From Acidobacteriota bacterium (GTDB lineage: Bacteria; Acidobacteriota; UBA6911): a stretch of 64,000 nucleotides of DNA. How positions within the stretch are numbered: position 1 is the stretch's first letter; every line of letters begins with the position of its first letter. The notes beneath the pieces are model-generated. The model saw nothing but the letters and a program-made list of their open reading frames with translations, was not told the origin of the DNA and did not search any database. The DNA lies in contig CBDFLD010000023.1 of assembly GCA_965249005.1 (NCBI GenBank), forward strand, positions 495,219-559,218, in the 5' to 3' direction. Below, one piece after another: positions 27,057 to 37,458 of this stretch. A program made the translations under genes and the position numbers.

Positions 27057-29687
27057 TTATTTCATATCCTTCCAATTGCTGGCAACATTCAAGGCTACCC
27101 GAAGAGGCACGTCCAATTCCACGGCTTGCTCCATTGCGGTCCGAACCAGGACTCTGATGTCCTCCACTTCGTCCGCTGGCACCTCAAATACAAGTTCATC
27201 ATGTACTTGCAGCAGCAGTTGGGTCTGCGATCTGCGACGATGGAGCTCGTGGCCCGCGCGGATCATCGCCACCTTGATGATATCGGCCGCCGTGCCCTGG
27301 ATCGGGCTATTGACGGCCGTGCGTTCTGCGAAGCTGCGCGTGTTGTAGTCTCTGCTCCGTATATCCGGGATTGGCCGCAGCCGCCCTAGCAGGGTCCGGA
27401 CCTCCCCTTTCTCCCTCGCCTCCTCGATGGTTTTGTCCAACCACGCTCTAACTCCTTGGTATCGCTCAAAATACGAGTCTATGAAGGCACGTGCCTCATC
27501 CCTCCCGATCCCCAGCCTATTCGACAATCCGAAGGCAGATAGCCCATAAACGATCCCGAAATTGATCACTTTGGCTCGACGACGGTACTCCCTCGGATCC
27601 GACTCGGCCTCGGAGCCGAACACTTCCTCTGCAGTTTGGGCATGCACGTCCTGATCGTTGCGGAAGGCGTTCAGTAGCAACGCGTCCCCGGACAGATGGG
27701 CCAGCACCCTCAGCTCGACCTGTGAGTAATCGGCTGAGAGCAACAAACTGCCGTCCCTGGGCACGAATGCCCCGCGGATGAGCCGACCGAGCTCCGTTCG
27801 GATCGGAATATTTTGCAGGTTCGGATCCGAGCTCGACAGGCGCCCAGTGGCGGCTCCGGTCTGGTTGTAGGACGTATGCACCCTCCCGGTCCGGGGATGA
27901 ATCAGGTTTGGAAGGGCATCGACATAGGTCGATTTGAGTTTTGACAACTGGCGATACCCGAGAATCAGCCGGGGCAGCTCGTACGATTCCGCCAACTCCT
28001 CCAAGACGCCCTGGTCCGTACTGTATCCCCTTGTTTTCCGAGTCTTTTTCAGGGCAGGAAGGTTCAGTCTTTCGAACAGTATCTGGCCGAGCTGCTTCGG
28101 AGAGTTGATGTTGAATTCCGTGCCCGCGGCCTGATGGATCTTGGTCTGATACTCCTCGATCTCTTTCTGCATGCCGCGGCCCATTTTTTGCAGCACGTCG
28201 CGGTCGAGCCGGACCCCCGCCTGTTCCATCTCCGCCAAAACCGGGATCAGAGGAAGCTCAATCTCCTCATAAACCGGTCTGAGCCCGCAGGCGTCGAGGC
28301 GCGGAACCAAGATCCCGTGAAGACGAACGAGCGCGTCCAGCTCCCTCGAAAGCCTGTTCCCCAAGCTCGGTCGGTCCACTCCGGATAACGGGAGCGCGTT
28401 TTGGGGCGAGCTTTTTTCCTCCCGCAGTGAGGTAAACAATTCGTCCATGGCCCAGCGCTCGATCGTATAATCACCCAAATTGGGAGCTGTCAAAAAGGCC
28501 AGAAGCATCACATCTTGTGCCCCCTGGATGCGGATCCCGTTTTCATCCTGGGCCAGAAGGCAGCTCTTCACATCCCAAGACACCTTGGACACTGCGGCGT
28601 TTTGCATCAAAGAAGCCCATGCCTGGGCCACCGACCGCTCGGCAAGGTCCAGGATTCCAACACGATCTGCTTGATCGCGAACTGCCCCAAATTCCGCTTT
28701 CTTGCGGCGCAATGCCTCTTCCCTGGAATGCAACACCACGTAGACCAAGGGCTGTTTCGACGCCTCGGCGAGGAAGCGGATGGCCTCGTCTCCCTTCAAC
28801 CAGTCGCCGATCACAACCACACGGTTTTCTTCCTCGATGTACTCCTTCATCAGTGCCTTGAACTCGAGTTCGGCGAACAATTCGAAGGCCGCCTGTCGAT
28901 CTGGCTCGCGCAGCGCAAGAGAGTCGAGCTCGAATGCAATCGGAAGATCACAGCGAATCGTCGCCAGTTCCTTGCTTTTCAGGATGAGCTCCGCGTTGTC
29001 TCTCAGGCTCTCGCGGTATGTCTTGCGCTTGACCTCCTCCCAGTTTTCTAGGGCGCCCTCGACGGAGCCGTAGGTCTGAATCAAGTCTCGCGCACCCTTC
29101 TCCCCAATTCCCGGCGCCCCCGGAATATTGTCGGAGGTATCGCCCCAAAGCCCCAGAAGGTCCACAATCTGCTCGGCCTGGACCCCCATCTTTTCCATGA
29201 CATCGTCGGAGGTGTCGATCAGTCTGTCTTTTGACGAATCCAGAACTTGAACACTCTCGGAAACAAGTTGAAGCATGTCCTTGTCTGCGCTGACAACGAC
29301 AACCCGAATGCCCTGGCTTCTGGCCTTCTTCGTCAAAGTCCCGATCACATCGTCCGCTTCATAGCCCGGGTACTCGATGACTGGAACGTGAAACGCATCA
29401 CAAACTTTCCGGATCGTCGGAATCTGTTGGACCAAATCATCCGGCATCGGCTTTCGGGTCGCCTTGTAGTCCTTGAACTCCTCGTGCCGGACGGTGGGTC
29501 CTGCTGGATCGATCGCGACGGCAAGATAATCGGGCTTTTCTTCCTTGATCAACTTCCGAAGCATGGAGGTGAAGCCATAGACCGCATTGGTTGGAAAACC
29601 CTTGGAATTGCTGAGGTTGCGTATGGCATAGTACGCGCGGTAGATATGCGACATGCCGTCGATCAGGAAGAGGCGTTTGGAACTCAA
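27057..29687 (-). CDS. polA: DNA polymerase I. Probable TTG start at 29687 (MSSKRLFLIDG…, RBS AGGA); alternative GTG at 29756.
   Basis: 5'-3' exonuclease N-domain (LIDGMSHIYRAYYA), a 3'-5' exonuclease region, and polymerase motifs (…RRRAKVINFGIVYG… YSQVELRVLAHLS…QVHDELVFE). Confidence 0.95.
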   Translation of the reverse strand: MSSKRLFLIDGMSHIYRAYYAIRNLSNSKGFPTNAVYGFTSMLRKLIKEEKPDYLAVAIDPAGPTVRHEEFKDYKATRKPMPDDLVQQIPTIRKVCDAFHVPVIEYPGYEADDVIGTLTKKARSQGIRVVVVSADKDMLQLVSESVQVLDSSKDRLIDTSDDVMEKMGVQAEQIVDLLGLWGDTSDNIPGAPGIGEKGARDLIQTYGSVEGALENWEEVKRKTYRESLRDNAELILKSKELATIRCDLPIAFELDSLALREPDRQAAFELFAELEFKALMKEYIEEENRVVVIGDWLKGDEAIRFLAEASKQPLVYVVLHSREEALRRKKAEFGAVRDQADRVGILDLAERSVAQAWASLMQNAAVSKVSWDVKSCLLAQDENGIRIQGAQDVMLLAFLTAPNLGDYTIERWAMDELFTSLREEKSSPQNALPLSGVDRPSLGNRLSRELDALVRLHGILVPRLDACGLRPVYEEIELPLIPVLAEMEQAGVRLDRDVLQKMGRGMQKEIEEYQTKIHQAAGTEFNINSPKQLGQILFERLNLPALKKTRKTRGYSTDQGVLEELAESYELPRLILGYRQLSKLKSTYVDALPNLIHPRTGRVHTSYNQTGAATGRLSSSDPNLQNIPIRTELGRLIRGAFVPRDGSLLLSADYSQVELRVLAHLSGDALLLNAFRNDQDVHAQTAEEVFGSEAESDPREYRRRAKVINFGIVYGLSAFGLSNRLGIGRDEARAFIDSYFERYQGVRAWLDKTIEEAREKGEVRTLLGRLRPIPDIRSRDYNTRSFAERTAVNSPIQGTAADIIKVAMIRAGHELHRRRSQTQLLLQVHDELVFEVPADEVEDIRVLVRTAMEQAVELDVPLRVALNVASNWKDMK

Positions 29688-29912
29688 GATCGATCCTATC
29701 GCTGCGGAGATAAAGACTCGCCGAGGTAACGTCGCCGTGTTTACGAATAGGGGCACATGGGCCAGAGGGTCGATTGTAACACGAACCGTACTGCGAACCC
29801 CGGCTCTTCGAAATCAGTTTGGATCGCCGCAACGCAGTTTCGTTAAGGTCTTTGCGATCCTGGCCCAGGCGTCGATTGGTCCGTTGAACCCCAGATTTTC
29901 GCGGAGGATCCC

Positions 29913-30461
29913 TTGTCGGAACCAAACCCAGAATCCAATGTCTTGAAGCACGAACGGCTCTATGACGGAAAAATCATTCAGTTGCATGTAGATAAGATCC
30001 TACTACCTTCCGGAAACGAAGCCATTCGGGAGGTTGTGGTTCACCCAGGCGGAGTCGTGGCGGTTCCCATCCTCGACGACGGGCGTCTCTTGCTCATTCG
30101 TCAGTTCCGGTACGCTTTGAAGAAGCATATTCTCGAGTTTCCTGCAGGAAAACTGGAGGGGTCACAATCACCGGATGAGGCCATTGCGCGGGAACTGGAG
30201 GAGGAAACCGGTTATAGCGCCGGGTCCCTGACCCACCAGTGTTCGTTCTATATGTCGCCCGGCATCAGCACCGAGATTGTGCATCTCTTTCTTGCTCGAA
30301 ATTTGAAGCCAGTCCCCCAACGGCTCGAAGAAGGAGAGCATATCGTCGTCGAGCCACACGAGTTGAAAGAATGCCTGGAATTCGCCCGCCTGGGAGAGAT
30401 CCGGGACGGAAAAACATTGCTGGGACTCTTCTGGTACAGCCACGAGATATTTATGAAGTAA
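29913..30461 (+). CDS. NUDIX hydrolase (ADP-ribose pyrophosphatase-like). TTG start with RBS GGAGGA.
   Basis: Nudix box GKLEGSQSPDEAIARELEEETGY. Confidence 0.8.
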   Translation: MSEPNPESNVLKHERLYDGKIIQLHVDKILLPSGNEAIREVVVHPGGVVAVPILDDGRLLLIRQFRYALKKHILEFPAGKLEGSQSPDEAIARELEEETGYSAGSLTHQCSFYMSPGISTEIVHLFLARNLKPVPQRLEEGEHIVVEPHELKECLEFARLGEIRDGKTLLGLFWYSHEIFMK

Positions 30462-30514
30462 CCATCCCATCTGGTCGATTCAATCTGGGAAGGCATCCCC
30501 ATTGGAGCTCGGTT

Positions 30515-31828
30515 ATGACCTCAGATACTACGACCGTCGATTGTCCAAAGTGCGGTTTCACACAAGAAGAGCGACTGGATTGCCGTAAGTGCGGTATTGT
30601 CTTCAGTAAGTACTACGCCTTGTATCCGAACGGCCCACAGGGAGAGGACGAGACAGGAGAGAATGCAGCAGCGGAAGATCAGAAGCGCGTGATTGCGGAC
30701 GCAACGACCTCGGCAGAACTGGCCCAGCTGCACCAGAGTCTGCGGGAGCTTCAGCGCCGATTCAACGAGATCGAGTTCGAACGAGCGGAGAGAGTGCGCC
30801 TCAGCGGTGAAATTCAGACGCTAGACCAAAAGACGGATGGCCTGCTTCAGCAAATATCCGACCGCACGGAGGCTCTCCAGCAGCGTCTGGACGAGAAGTC
30901 TGATCTGCCGGAAAGGGACGAACTGGCGCGATTGCGCGATGACATCCGTAGCGAGATAAGCGCACTCAGAGGTGAGATTCACGCAACGAATCTTGATCCG
31001 ATCGAGGATCGAATCAGAGAGTTGGAGTCCCGCAACGATCACGTTCAGACGACTAGCGTTCCTTCGAAGGATCCGGAACTGCTCCGACGCGTGGATGAGC
31101 TGGGGGATCGACTGCAGCGGCTGGAAACGTCCGACACCCCTCCGCAACCCAATGGTGAAGGAAACGGAAACCTCTTGGATTCGGTCAAGATAATCCAGGA
31201 AATCGAGGCACTTCGAAGTTCACTCCAAAACGTCACCGTCCGATACTCGGAGATCGGCGAACTCAAGAAGAATCATCTCATCGTCCAGAACAGTCTGGAA
31301 TCGACCCAGCGCGATCTGGTGGAGCTGACGAACCGGCCCTCAGGCGATGACGCGAGGAGAACCAAGGAACTGGAAGCCGAAGTCGTGGCGCTCCGGGCCG
31401 AAGTGCGTCAAGCATTGGCAGGCCTGGAGACCCCAGAATCCGCGCCGATAGAACAGATACAGAAGGAACTAGAAGGTTTGAAATCAGCGTCCAAGGTCGC
31501 CAATCAGCACGGCTCAGAGATTGCGAATCTGAGGAGGGACAACACTGCGATTGTTTCCGCCCTCGAGTCTCTTCAGCAATCGGTCTCCTCGAACACGAAC
31601 CACATCTCGGAGGGTTCTCACGTGGACTCGAGGGCCGAGCTCGATCAGATTCGTTCCGACGTGCGCGGGACCCTCAGCCGGGTTGAAACCATCGGAACCA
31701 AGCTCGAAGAGCTTTCGAATCATCGATCGGACGAAGACCCACCGGCACTAGAGGCCGATGTACAAGCGATTCGAAAGAACCTAGAACAGATCCGACGGTT
31801 CATGGGTTCTGTGTCTGAGAAGGTATAA
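30515..31828 (+). CDS. Zinc-ribbon (CPKCG…CRKCG) plus long coiled-coil protein, 437 aa, no transmembrane segment. Start at ATG 30515 with RBS GGAG; track ORF 30239 is an overlap artefact.
   Basis: N-terminal C-x2-C…C-x2-C. The remainder is heptad-rich, acidic and Leu/Glu/Arg-rich. Confidence 0.55.
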   Translation: MTSDTTTVDCPKCGFTQEERLDCRKCGIVFSKYYALYPNGPQGEDETGENAAAEDQKRVIADATTSAELAQLHQSLRELQRRFNEIEFERAERVRLSGEIQTLDQKTDGLLQQISDRTEALQQRLDEKSDLPERDELARLRDDIRSEISALRGEIHATNLDPIEDRIRELESRNDHVQTTSVPSKDPELLRRVDELGDRLQRLETSDTPPQPNGEGNGNLLDSVKIIQEIEALRSSLQNVTVRYSEIGELKKNHLIVQNSLESTQRDLVELTNRPSGDDARRTKELEAEVVALRAEVRQALAGLETPESAPIEQIQKELEGLKSASKVANQHGSEIANLRRDNTAIVSALESLQQSVSSNTNHISEGSHVDSRAELDQIRSDVRGTLSRVETIGTKLEELSNHRSDEDPPALEADVQAIRKNLEQIRRFMGSVSEKV

Positions 31829-31844
31829 GGCGCCGGTTCCCCCG

Positions 31845-32073
31845 GCGCGCTGCCCGCTCACCGCCATCCGCTTTCCGTACAGATTTTCACCGGTCGTTTA
31901 GGCAGCCCATTCCGTCGGGCAGCTTGAGCAAACCTCTTTCCGCCCCTTAGAAAATAGAAGACTAAGCGGGCCGCACAAACAATGTGCTGCAATGCTGATT
32001 CCGAGGATTCGTGTGGCGCGCTCTATCCGCAGGCCGGAGCGGAAAGCGGTTGGCGGTGAGCGGTCGGCGCGCG
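31845..32073. repeat. About 229-bp element bounded by 33-bp imperfect inverted repeats (GCGCGCtgccCGCTCACCGCCAtCCGCTTTCCG … CGGAAAGCGGtTGGCGGTGAGCGGtcggcGCGCGC).
   Basis: Inverted repeat read directly; the central 21 bp match 20/21. It is intergenic, between the coiled-coil gene and the hypothetical gene at 32158. Confidence 0.35.
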
Positions 32074-32157
32074 GGTGGTACCCGCGACACCCGGCATGAC
32101 TCCCGGGCTCAAATATGCTAATATAGCTCGCTTAATGCACCGCAAGGGGTTCTTCTC

Positions 32158-32571
32158 ATGACAAAAGTTTCAGTGGGCGCCGACGTTGATGCTTACTGCA
32201 CCAAGTGCAAGCTGGTACTGACTCACACGGTAAAAGCACTCCTGGGTGAAAAACCCAAGCGCGTCACCTGTAATACCTGTGACGGAGAACACAACTATCG
32301 AGCCACAAAGCCGAAGTCGAAGGTTGGCACCAAGAAAGGGACCACCCGGACCTCAAGCCGCAAAACCAAGAACTGGGACGATCTGGTCAAGGAAGCCACT
32401 GGAAAACCGCACAAGGCATACAGTATGTCCGGTAGCTTCGGCGAGGGGGATTGGATCGACCACGCGACCTTTGGTTTGGGTTGTGTTCAGAATTTCACTG
32501 CTCCGAACAAAATCCTCGTGCGATTCTCGGACTCGACCAAGAAGCTGATTTGCAACCAGAGCGAAGCTTAG
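32158..32571 (+). CDS. Hypothetical protein with an N-terminal C-x2-C…C-x2-C zinc ribbon and a basic linker.
   Basis: ATG with RBS AAGGGG. Upstream TAATAT -10-like hexamer. No known family recognised. Confidence 0.45.
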   Translation: MTKVSVGADVDAYCTKCKLVLTHTVKALLGEKPKRVTCNTCDGEHNYRATKPKSKVGTKKGTTRTSSRKTKNWDDLVKEATGKPHKAYSMSGSFGEGDWIDHATFGLGCVQNFTAPNKILVRFSDSTKKLICNQSEA

Positions 32572-32720
32572 TACCCCCTGGATCCACCCCAACGCTCCAA
32601 TTCGATCTGATTCCGTCACCATGCACACCGCAAAGCCGTGGCGTCGTATGCCAATGGGAAATGGTCTTGGCGACCGCACTACGCGAGATACGGCGAAGCC
32701 GAACCCGCTCGTACGGTCGT

Positions 32721-33569
32721 CTATGGTGAGAGGACATGCTCGAACCCGGCATGTCGACGTGCGACAACTTCATCCAGCTCTCGAGCGATATTCGCAGTCC
32801 GGGGAGAGAATTCCGCGAAATCGAAGATCTCGCGATCGAGCAGGTGAGAGGCTCGCACGTTCGAGAGTGCCGCCAGCATGGATTCCTTCACTCTTGGAAT
32901 CTCGTCACGCAATTCGGAAATCAGTCGCGCGACTCTCTTTCGCTGCAGATCCGGCTGCGAGCCGCACAGATCACACGGGATGATGGGGTACCGTGCCCGG
33001 GCGGCAAACTCCCTTATGTCCTCCTCCCAACAATACGCCAACGGTCGGACAACCGTGTTGCGGCCGTCGTCGCTTCGCAGCACAGGCGGCATGCTCTTGA
33101 GAGATCCGCTGAAGCAAATATTGAGTAGAAAGGTCTGCACGATATCGTCGGCGTGGTGCCCCAAGGCGATCTTATTGCAACCTTCCTCGAGTGCGGCACC
33201 ATAGAGAATTCCGCGACGGAGTCGAGAACACAGGGCGCAGGTGGTTTTCCCTTCTGGAACTTTCGCCCTGACGATGGAATACGTATCCTTCGCAATAACC
33301 CTAAACGGTATTCCTTGATCGCTCAGATACTGCGGCAAAACGTGTTCCGGAAATCCAGGCTGTTTCTGATCCAGATTCACGGCCAAGAGATCAAATCGAA
33401 TAGGCGCCTTCTTGCGCAACGCCTGGAGCAGAGTCAACAGCGTATAGCTGTCCTTTCCTCCGCTGAGACAAACCATGATGCGATCGCCTTCTTCTATCAT
33501 CCCGAAATCCGCGATCGCCCGTCCCACGTTACGCAGCAGTTTTGTCTTCAATGCTTCTGTCGGTTTCAT
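32721..33569 (-). CDS. ttcA: tRNA 2-thiocytidine(32) synthetase TtcA (PP-loop ATPase). Start at ATG 33569; the track ORF extends to 33839.
   Basis: [16 protein letters not shown]-loop; [10 protein letters not shown] and PCDLCGS cysteine motifs. Confidence 0.8.
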   Translation of the reverse strand: MKPTEALKTKLLRNVGRAIADFGMIEEGDRIMVCLSGGKDSYTLLTLLQALRKKAPIRFDLLAVNLDQKQPGFPEHVLPQYLSDQGIPFRVIAKDTYSIVRAKVPEGKTTCALCSRLRRGILYGAALEEGCNKIALGHHADDIVQTFLLNICFSGSLKSMPPVLRSDDGRNTVVRPLAYCWEEDIREFAARARYPIIPCDLCGSQPDLQRKRVARLISELRDEIPRVKESMLAALSNVRASHLLDREIFDFAEFSPRTANIARELDEVVARRHAGFEHVLSP

Positions 33570-33692
33570 CTGCTTCGACCCCTGGCCATCCCGTAGGGTA
33601 AACGAAAAGTGCCGCGCTGCAAAGCCAGTCGCGCCTCTGTGACTCCTCTCCCTGAAGAGAGCGCAATCGTCGATGAGTGATATACTCCTACC

Positions 33693-34442
33693 ATGACTAC
33701 TCCGCGGGTTTTGTTTCTTGGCGCGGGGGACGCGTTCTCCTCCGGCGGGCGGCATCAGGCAGCGTATCTCGTTCAGGGTCGAGATACGACGTTTCTTCTC
33801 GACTGCGGGGTCACGGTACTCGCATCTCTCAAACGCCAATGCGTGGATCCGGCCTCGATCGACACTGTTTTAATCAGCCATCTTCACGGCGACCACTTCG
33901 CTGGAATCCCGTTTTTGTTGCTCGAGTACATCTATGCGACACCCCGCCGGAAACCGCTCAGAATCGCTGGACCTCCAGGTACGGAAGACAGGGTCTGGAC
34001 TTTGTTCCGGACGATGTACCGGGAGACGGGCTCGCTGCCGTTGCCCTTCGAGTTAGAATTCGTCGAGCTGCTGCCAAAAAAGTCATGGATCATCGACGAT
34101 CTTCAAACAGACCCTTTTCGCGTGCCCCATCAGGAAAAGGAGATTTCTCTTGGGCTCCGAGTGCAGCTAGACGGACGGGTGATCCTCTATTCCGGCGATA
34201 CCGGCTGGACCGAGGAGCTGGTCACCCAATCCGAAGGTGCAGATCTTTTCATTTGCGAGTGCTGCTTTTTCGAGACGCGTGTGCCCACTCACTTGGATTA
34301 TCCCCGGATCGCCGAGAACCATCACCGGTTCGGGAGCCGAGAGCTGGTGTTGACCCACTTGGGCCGCGAAGTGCTGGATCGTCATTCGGAGATCAAGATC
34401 AAAACGGCTCACGATGGTTTGGCCGTCGACTTGGTTGGATAA
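33693..34442 (+). CDS. MBL-fold metallo-hydrolase (RNase Z/ElaC-like).
   Basis: [14 protein letters not shown] (H-x-H-x-DH). Confidence 0.75.
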   Translation: MTTPRVLFLGAGDAFSSGGRHQAAYLVQGRDTTFLLDCGVTVLASLKRQCVDPASIDTVLISHLHGDHFAGIPFLLLEYIYATPRRKPLRIAGPPGTEDRVWTLFRTMYRETGSLPLPFELEFVELLPKKSWIIDDLQTDPFRVPHQEKEISLGLRVQLDGRVILYSGDTGWTEELVTQSEGADLFICECCFFETRVPTHLDYPRIAENHHRFGSRELVLTHLGREVLDRHSEIKIKTAHDGLAVDLVG

Positions 34443-34483
34443 CGCTCGAAATCGCGCATAGGGATTTGCTAACCTGAAGCTCC

Positions 34484-35653
34484 ATGGTTTGTACGAAAAC
34501 ACACCCAAAAAACGTTTCGGATCCCTCATACGAGCTTGTCGCAGACCCGGGCTCACTGGAAGCGATGGCCCGGACCTTGACCGGTAAACCGGGCATTGCC
34601 ATCGATGTCGAGGGCGACAGTTTGTATCACTACTTCGCAAAGGTGTGCCTCCTGCAGATTTCGACGACAGCTGAAACGTATCTTGTCGATCCGCTCGCGT
34701 TGCAGGATCTGAGTGCTCTCGGACCGGTCATGGCCTCTTCAGAGACGGAGAAGGTCTTTCACGCCGCTACCTACGACGTCCATTCTTTGAGACGGGACTT
34801 CGGGTTCTCGTTCTCCCATATTTTCGACACCCACATGGCGGCGCAGCTGCTGGGCTACGAGCAGCTCGGCTTGACCGCTCTCATGGCCCGGATCCTGGGC
34901 GTCGAACATTCCAAGTCGAGGCAACGCGACGATTGGTCCAGGCGCCCCCTGAACCAGGAACAGCTCGAGTATGCCGCCATGGACACGCGCTATCTGCTGG
35001 CGCTCCGCGATACGCTGGAATCGCGCCTTCGAGAGGCGGGGCGTTTGGAGTGGGCCAAGGAGGAATTCGTCCTTGCAGCAGCATCCGAGCAGCGCGAAAA
35101 GGAATTCGATCCCGAGGGTTTTCGGCGCATCAAGGGCAGCCGAAAACTATCGAGGCCGCAGCGCCGGGTGTTGCGGTCCATCTTTCTGCTGAGAGATCGG
35201 TACGCTCGCGCCATGGACCTTCCACCATTCAGGGTCATGCACAATTCGGTTCTTCTCGATCTCGCCCGGACCCCGCCAACCTCTCAGGAGAGTCTCTCTC
35301 AACGCAAGGGAATCTCGCATCGGGTTATGCGCAAGTTTGCCGGTGAACTCTATGATACCATTCGTCGTACTCAGTCTGAGCCTGTCACAGAGCCAAGGTC
35401 CTTGCCGCACACTAATTTGAGGGCACCCTCGCTGGAGGCTATATCGCGGTTGGAAAAGTTGAAATCCTGGAGGCTATCCAAATCGAAAGATCTCAGCCTT
35501 CCCGTGGGAGTTGTGTGCCCGGGAGGCCTGTTGGACGTCATCGCCGGTTCTCCTCCCGTGGACATTGAGGCCTTGGCCCGCATCAAGGGAATGCGGCAGT
35601 GGCGCGTGCGCTCGTTTGGATCCGAGTTGCTGGAAGTCGTTCACAAGGATTGA
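34484..35653 (+). CDS. rnd: Ribonuclease D (DEDDy 3'-5' exonuclease + HRDC).
   Basis: IAIDVEGDSLYHY…QIST…FHAATYDVHSL…YAAMDTRYLL exonuclease motifs, plus a C-terminal HRDC domain. Confidence 0.85.
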   Translation: MVCTKTHPKNVSDPSYELVADPGSLEAMARTLTGKPGIAIDVEGDSLYHYFAKVCLLQISTTAETYLVDPLALQDLSALGPVMASSETEKVFHAATYDVHSLRRDFGFSFSHIFDTHMAAQLLGYEQLGLTALMARILGVEHSKSRQRDDWSRRPLNQEQLEYAAMDTRYLLALRDTLESRLREAGRLEWAKEEFVLAAASEQREKEFDPEGFRRIKGSRKLSRPQRRVLRSIFLLRDRYARAMDLPPFRVMHNSVLLDLARTPPTSQESLSQRKGISHRVMRKFAGELYDTIRRTQSEPVTEPRSLPHTNLRAPSLEAISRLEKLKSWRLSKSKDLSLPVGVVCPGGLLDVIAGSPPVDIEALARIKGMRQWRVRSFGSELLEVVHKD

Positions 35654-35674
35654 ATATCACCCGGAGTATTGCAG

Positions 35675-36739
35675 ATGCGGGAATCGGCAGAATCGAGAAA
35701 GGTCCGGGGTGAACGGGTCCGGGGTGGTCCGATGATTGAGACCTTCCGGAGAACCCGCTGGCTCTATCACCCGGTTACGATCTTTCTCTCGATCCAGGTG
35801 CTCTGGATCCTTCTCATGGCTCTGCTGATTCGGTGGTATATGACCGAGCACGCTCAGGTGCGGGAGATTGCCCAGCGCTTTCGCAACCAGGTCGAGGTGG
35901 ATGGGTTCGGTTGGCTGCCCTTACTCGAAGGGGGTATCCTGCTGACCCTTATACTCGCAGGGGTGACGGGGATTTTCATTTATTGGAAAAAGCAGCACGA
36001 CTTGAATCGGATACAGCAGGCGTTCGTGTCCAACGTTACACACGAGCTGAAGTCTCCGGTCGCTTCGATTCAGCTAGCACTCGAAACAATGGCCTTGAGA
36101 GAGCTCTCGCCGCAAAAGCGAAAGGAATTCTTGAGCATGATGCTCGACGACACCGAGCGGCTGACGACCTTGATCGACCGGATCCTCGGGGCGGCCCGAA
36201 TCGATCGCCGGCAGGAACGGTTCGTGCTGGAACCGGTCGGCATGCGACGGTTTATCGACGAGTTGCTCCAGCGGGACCGGCACCTGTTCGAAAAGGATGG
36301 TCACAACATTGTATTCGAGAAGGGTGGAGATGCGTGGGTGGCAGTGGATCGGTCAGCGATGCAGGTGGTACTGTCCAACCTCATTGAAAACGCCGCCGCG
36401 TACTCCCCGAGGGGTACCCCGGTTCGGATACGCCTTCACAGAGATCTGCGCAGCTGCCGGGTGGATGTCATCGATAATGGTACTGGAATCGCCCGGAAAG
36501 ATCTCAAGAATGTCTTCAAGATGTTTTGGAGGAGTGAGGATCATCGGCGGACCGGGGGGACCGGACTGGGTCTCTACATCGTGCGTAACGTGGTCCGCGC
36601 CCATCGAGGCAAGGTCTGGGCCGTGAGCGGCAGCCTGTCCCGGGGATCAACCTTCTGTGTGCGTTTGCCGAGACTTCGGAAATACTGGGGTTTGTCTACT
36701 CGCAGAAGCCTACGGACCCAGCAAGCAACCCGAGCGTAG
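35675..36739 (+). CDS. Sensor histidine kinase (2 TM, HisKA, HATPase_c). ATG 35675 with RBS GGAG.
   Basis: H-box VTHELKSPVASI. N/G boxes …NLIENAAAYSP… GTGLGLYIVRNVV. Confidence 0.8.
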   Translation: MRESAESRKVRGERVRGGPMIETFRRTRWLYHPVTIFLSIQVLWILLMALLIRWYMTEHAQVREIAQRFRNQVEVDGFGWLPLLEGGILLTLILAGVTGIFIYWKKQHDLNRIQQAFVSNVTHELKSPVASIQLALETMALRELSPQKRKEFLSMMLDDTERLTTLIDRILGAARIDRRQERFVLEPVGMRRFIDELLQRDRHLFEKDGHNIVFEKGGDAWVAVDRSAMQVVLSNLIENAAAYSPRGTPVRIRLHRDLRSCRVDVIDNGTGIARKDLKNVFKMFWRSEDHRRTGGTGLGLYIVRNVVRAHRGKVWAVSGSLSRGSTFCVRLPRLRKYWGLSTRRSLRTQQATRA

Positions 36740-36746
36740 GTGATCG

Positions 36747-37457
36747 ATGAGTCGGTCCACCCAGCTTCGAGCGCGGATCTTGTTGGTCGAGGACGAAATC
36801 AATCTTGCCCGTCCTCTCCAGTTCAACCTGGAGCAGGAAGGATACGAGGTTCGTCTAACGTCGAGCGGAAAGCAGGCGTTGAGATGGCAGGCCAACGAAC
36901 CGTTTGATCTGATCATACTGGATCTCATGATCGAAGAGATCGATGGACTCGAGGTTGCTCGAAAGGTCCGACAACGGGATCAGAAGCTTCCGATTCTGAT
37001 GCTGACCGCGCGTTCGGCGGAGCAGGACCGGGTCTCTGGTTTCGAAGCCGGCGCGGACGATTATCTCGTGAAGCCGTTTCACCTGCAGGAGCTTCTCTTG
37101 CGTATTCACCGCATGCTCGAGCGCGCCCACTGGTATGAGACTCCGAAACAACCCCAGCGTGAGCTGGCCATCGGCGGATTTCATGTCAATCTGGAGAGCC
37201 TCAGGGGCAGCGGTCCGAGGGGCGAGCTTCAGCTGACTGCTCTGGAGGCGAAACTCTTGGAGGCGCTCGCATCGGAGCCCAATCGAGTTCTGACGCGGGC
37301 CGAACTGCTAATGAGGGTCTGGGGGTACAGCTCGGATGTTGAAACACGGACCGTGGACAACTTCATTGTGCGGCTCAGGCGTTACTTCGAGACCGAACCT
37401 GACCATCCCGCGCACTTCGTAAGCGTCCGGGGTCGGGGATACATGTATGTGCCCTGA
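36747..37457 (+). CDS. OmpR/PhoB-family response regulator (REC + winged helix).
   Basis: RILLVEDEINLARPL…DLIILDLMIE…; the C-terminal trans_reg_C has VWGY…TVDNFIVRLRR. Confidence 0.85.
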   Translation: MSRSTQLRARILLVEDEINLARPLQFNLEQEGYEVRLTSSGKQALRWQANEPFDLIILDLMIEEIDGLEVARKVRQRDQKLPILMLTARSAEQDRVSGFEAGADDYLVKPFHLQELLLRIHRMLERAHWYETPKQPQRELAIGGFHVNLESLRGSGPRGELQLTALEAKLLEALASEPNRVLTRAELLMRVWGYSSDVETRTVDNFIVRLRRYFETEPDHPAHFVSVRGRGYMYVP

Positions 37458-37458
37458 G

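Noticed and set aside
30239-30514. N-terminal extension of the coiled-coil ORF (track start 30239)
   Set aside because: It overlaps the NUDIX gene in another frame. A GGAG RBS precedes the internal ATG at 30515.
33677-34477. 266-aa plus-strand ORF overlapping the MBL-fold gene in a different frame
   Set aside because: The MBL frame carries the H-x-H-x-DH motif. This alternative frame is Arg/Ser-rich noise.
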